Source of the DNA: Tricharina praecox
Taxonomy: Eukaryota
DNA: 64,000 nucleotides
Assembly (NCBI RefSeq): GCF_024521635.1
Contig: NW_026250408.1
Span: 930,001 to 994,000, forward strand
Direction: 5' to 3'
Position numbers and translations under genes: made by a program. Below are positions 62,849-64,000 of this stretch, in pieces. Under the pieces are notes generated by a model. The model had not been told where the DNA came from, searched no databases, and saw only the letters and a list, made by a program, of their open reading frames with translations. Each line of letters starts with the position of its first letter. The stretch's first letter is position 1.

Positions 62849-64000
62849 CTACCTCCTCCTGCCACCGCCGAACCTACCGCCTCTTTTACCCTTGCTGTTC
62901 TTGTTCTTGATGTTGAGCTTTCTAAAGTTCATGTGCGATGTAGCGTTCGCATCGATCTTGCGAGTTGCGGCAGGTTTCTTGGCCTTCTCCGCTGCTGCTG
63001 CTGGCTTCTTTTTGGACTTCTTTTTGGAGTCTTCTTCGTCGTCGTCCGAGGATGAGTCTTCGCCATTTTCGATGTCCGAGGGGATGGGTGGTTGGTCGTC
63101 GCCGCCTTCCGCCGCTGCTGCCTCCGCCTCCTCGGCTTCCTCTGCCTCGTTGTCGCCGGCTTGGGTACCAGGCTTGACAACCACGGGACGCACTGTAATT
63201 TCGTTAGTACGTCAAAGAGGAGCGAGGAGGGTGTGGAGAGCGTACTGATGACCCTGCGATGCTGCCTCTTGAGCCCCTTCTTCTTCCAGACCTTGCGCTC
63301 CGTGCCGTCATTCTCCTTGCCATCATCCGAGTCCTGCAGCGTATCCTCTACGAACGCGCCTGGCGGCAACGGCGGCAACTCCACCTCATCGAACAGGGGC
63401 TCGTCCTTCTTCTTCTCCTTCCTCTTCGGCACCTCCAACCCCGCCGCCTCCATCTCCATCTCGCGCATCGCCTCCTCATCGTCGTCGAGCGCATGCGCCT
63501 CCATCTCCCTCAGCTCCCTTAACATCGAGCTCAGTCCGCGCTTCGGCATCGGCGGCGGGCGCCTCACACGCGGACTATCGGCGCCGTCCTCCTCCGCTAC
63601 CTCCCGCGGCTTCCACTCGCGCAGCGCACTCGGCGTCGCGAAGATGTCATCCTTTTTTCCCGCGACCTCCGCCAGCTTCCTCTTCCTCGGCGTCGAGAGC
63701 GCCGGGGAGACCGACACGCGCTCGCCGCCGGATTTCGTCGGCGTGCCGAGTCCGGTGATCAGGCGCTTCGCGGACCGTGGTGGCGTCGACTCCACGTCGA
63801 TGAAACTGTCGAAGATACCAAGGACCTTGCCGGTTTTTTGCGGGGTGGGGCCGACTTGGTCACGTCGCCCGAATAGTCGCTGCCGGCGGATACTGAGCGG
63901 CGATTCGTAGATCTCGCTGTTGCTCCATGGGTTCGCGGAGGGGTTTTTGGTCGGCGTTTGGGTTAGTGCTGTGGGTGAGGGAGCAGTTGGCGCTGCTGGT
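62849..64000 (-). CDS. SLD2: DNA replication regulator Sld2/Drc1, 3' part; 5' end lies outside the window
   Basis: Many S/T-P CDK sites (VGPTPQK, ATPS), KRGLSSML, VWKKKGLKRQHRRVI|MRPV, C-terminal HMNFRKLNIKNK...GGRFGGGRRR. Confidence 0.85.

Overview
Intron-rich, GC-rich chromosomal DNA from a filamentous ascomycete fungus. Most of it is housekeeping genes: UGGT, Oxr1/TLDc, Chs4/Skt5-like, NoxB, an SLC25 carrier, DPM1, an ankyrin protein, Jjj1, Rpn12, Dph7, Coq1, a CE16 esterase, LRR and F-box proteins, a Cps3/Lee1-like protein and Sld2. The main discovery is a compact two-gene RiPP (dikaritin-type) locus at 9.6-12.8 kb that the ORF track misses. A 9-exon minus-strand gene splices into a 236-aa secreted precursor with nine Kex2-flanked (RR) copies of an invariant NVKFYW core, nearly one repeat per exon. 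It is divergently transcribed from a DUF3328/UstYa oxidase with two HxxHC motifs, and the shared promoter has been tandemly duplicated. Other unusual items are a long disordered protein ending in a spliced, highly divergent histone H3/CenH3-like fold (24.7-26.5 kb) and a ~14 kb accessory island (45.4-59.9 kb). The island holds an intronless 1026-aa orphan with GIY-YIG-like and UDG-fold-like motifs, a piggyBac relic, tRNA-Arg(UCU), hairpin-bearing tandem repeats and a TIR element. All gene models were spliced by eye and all family calls rest on recalled motifs, not database searches.
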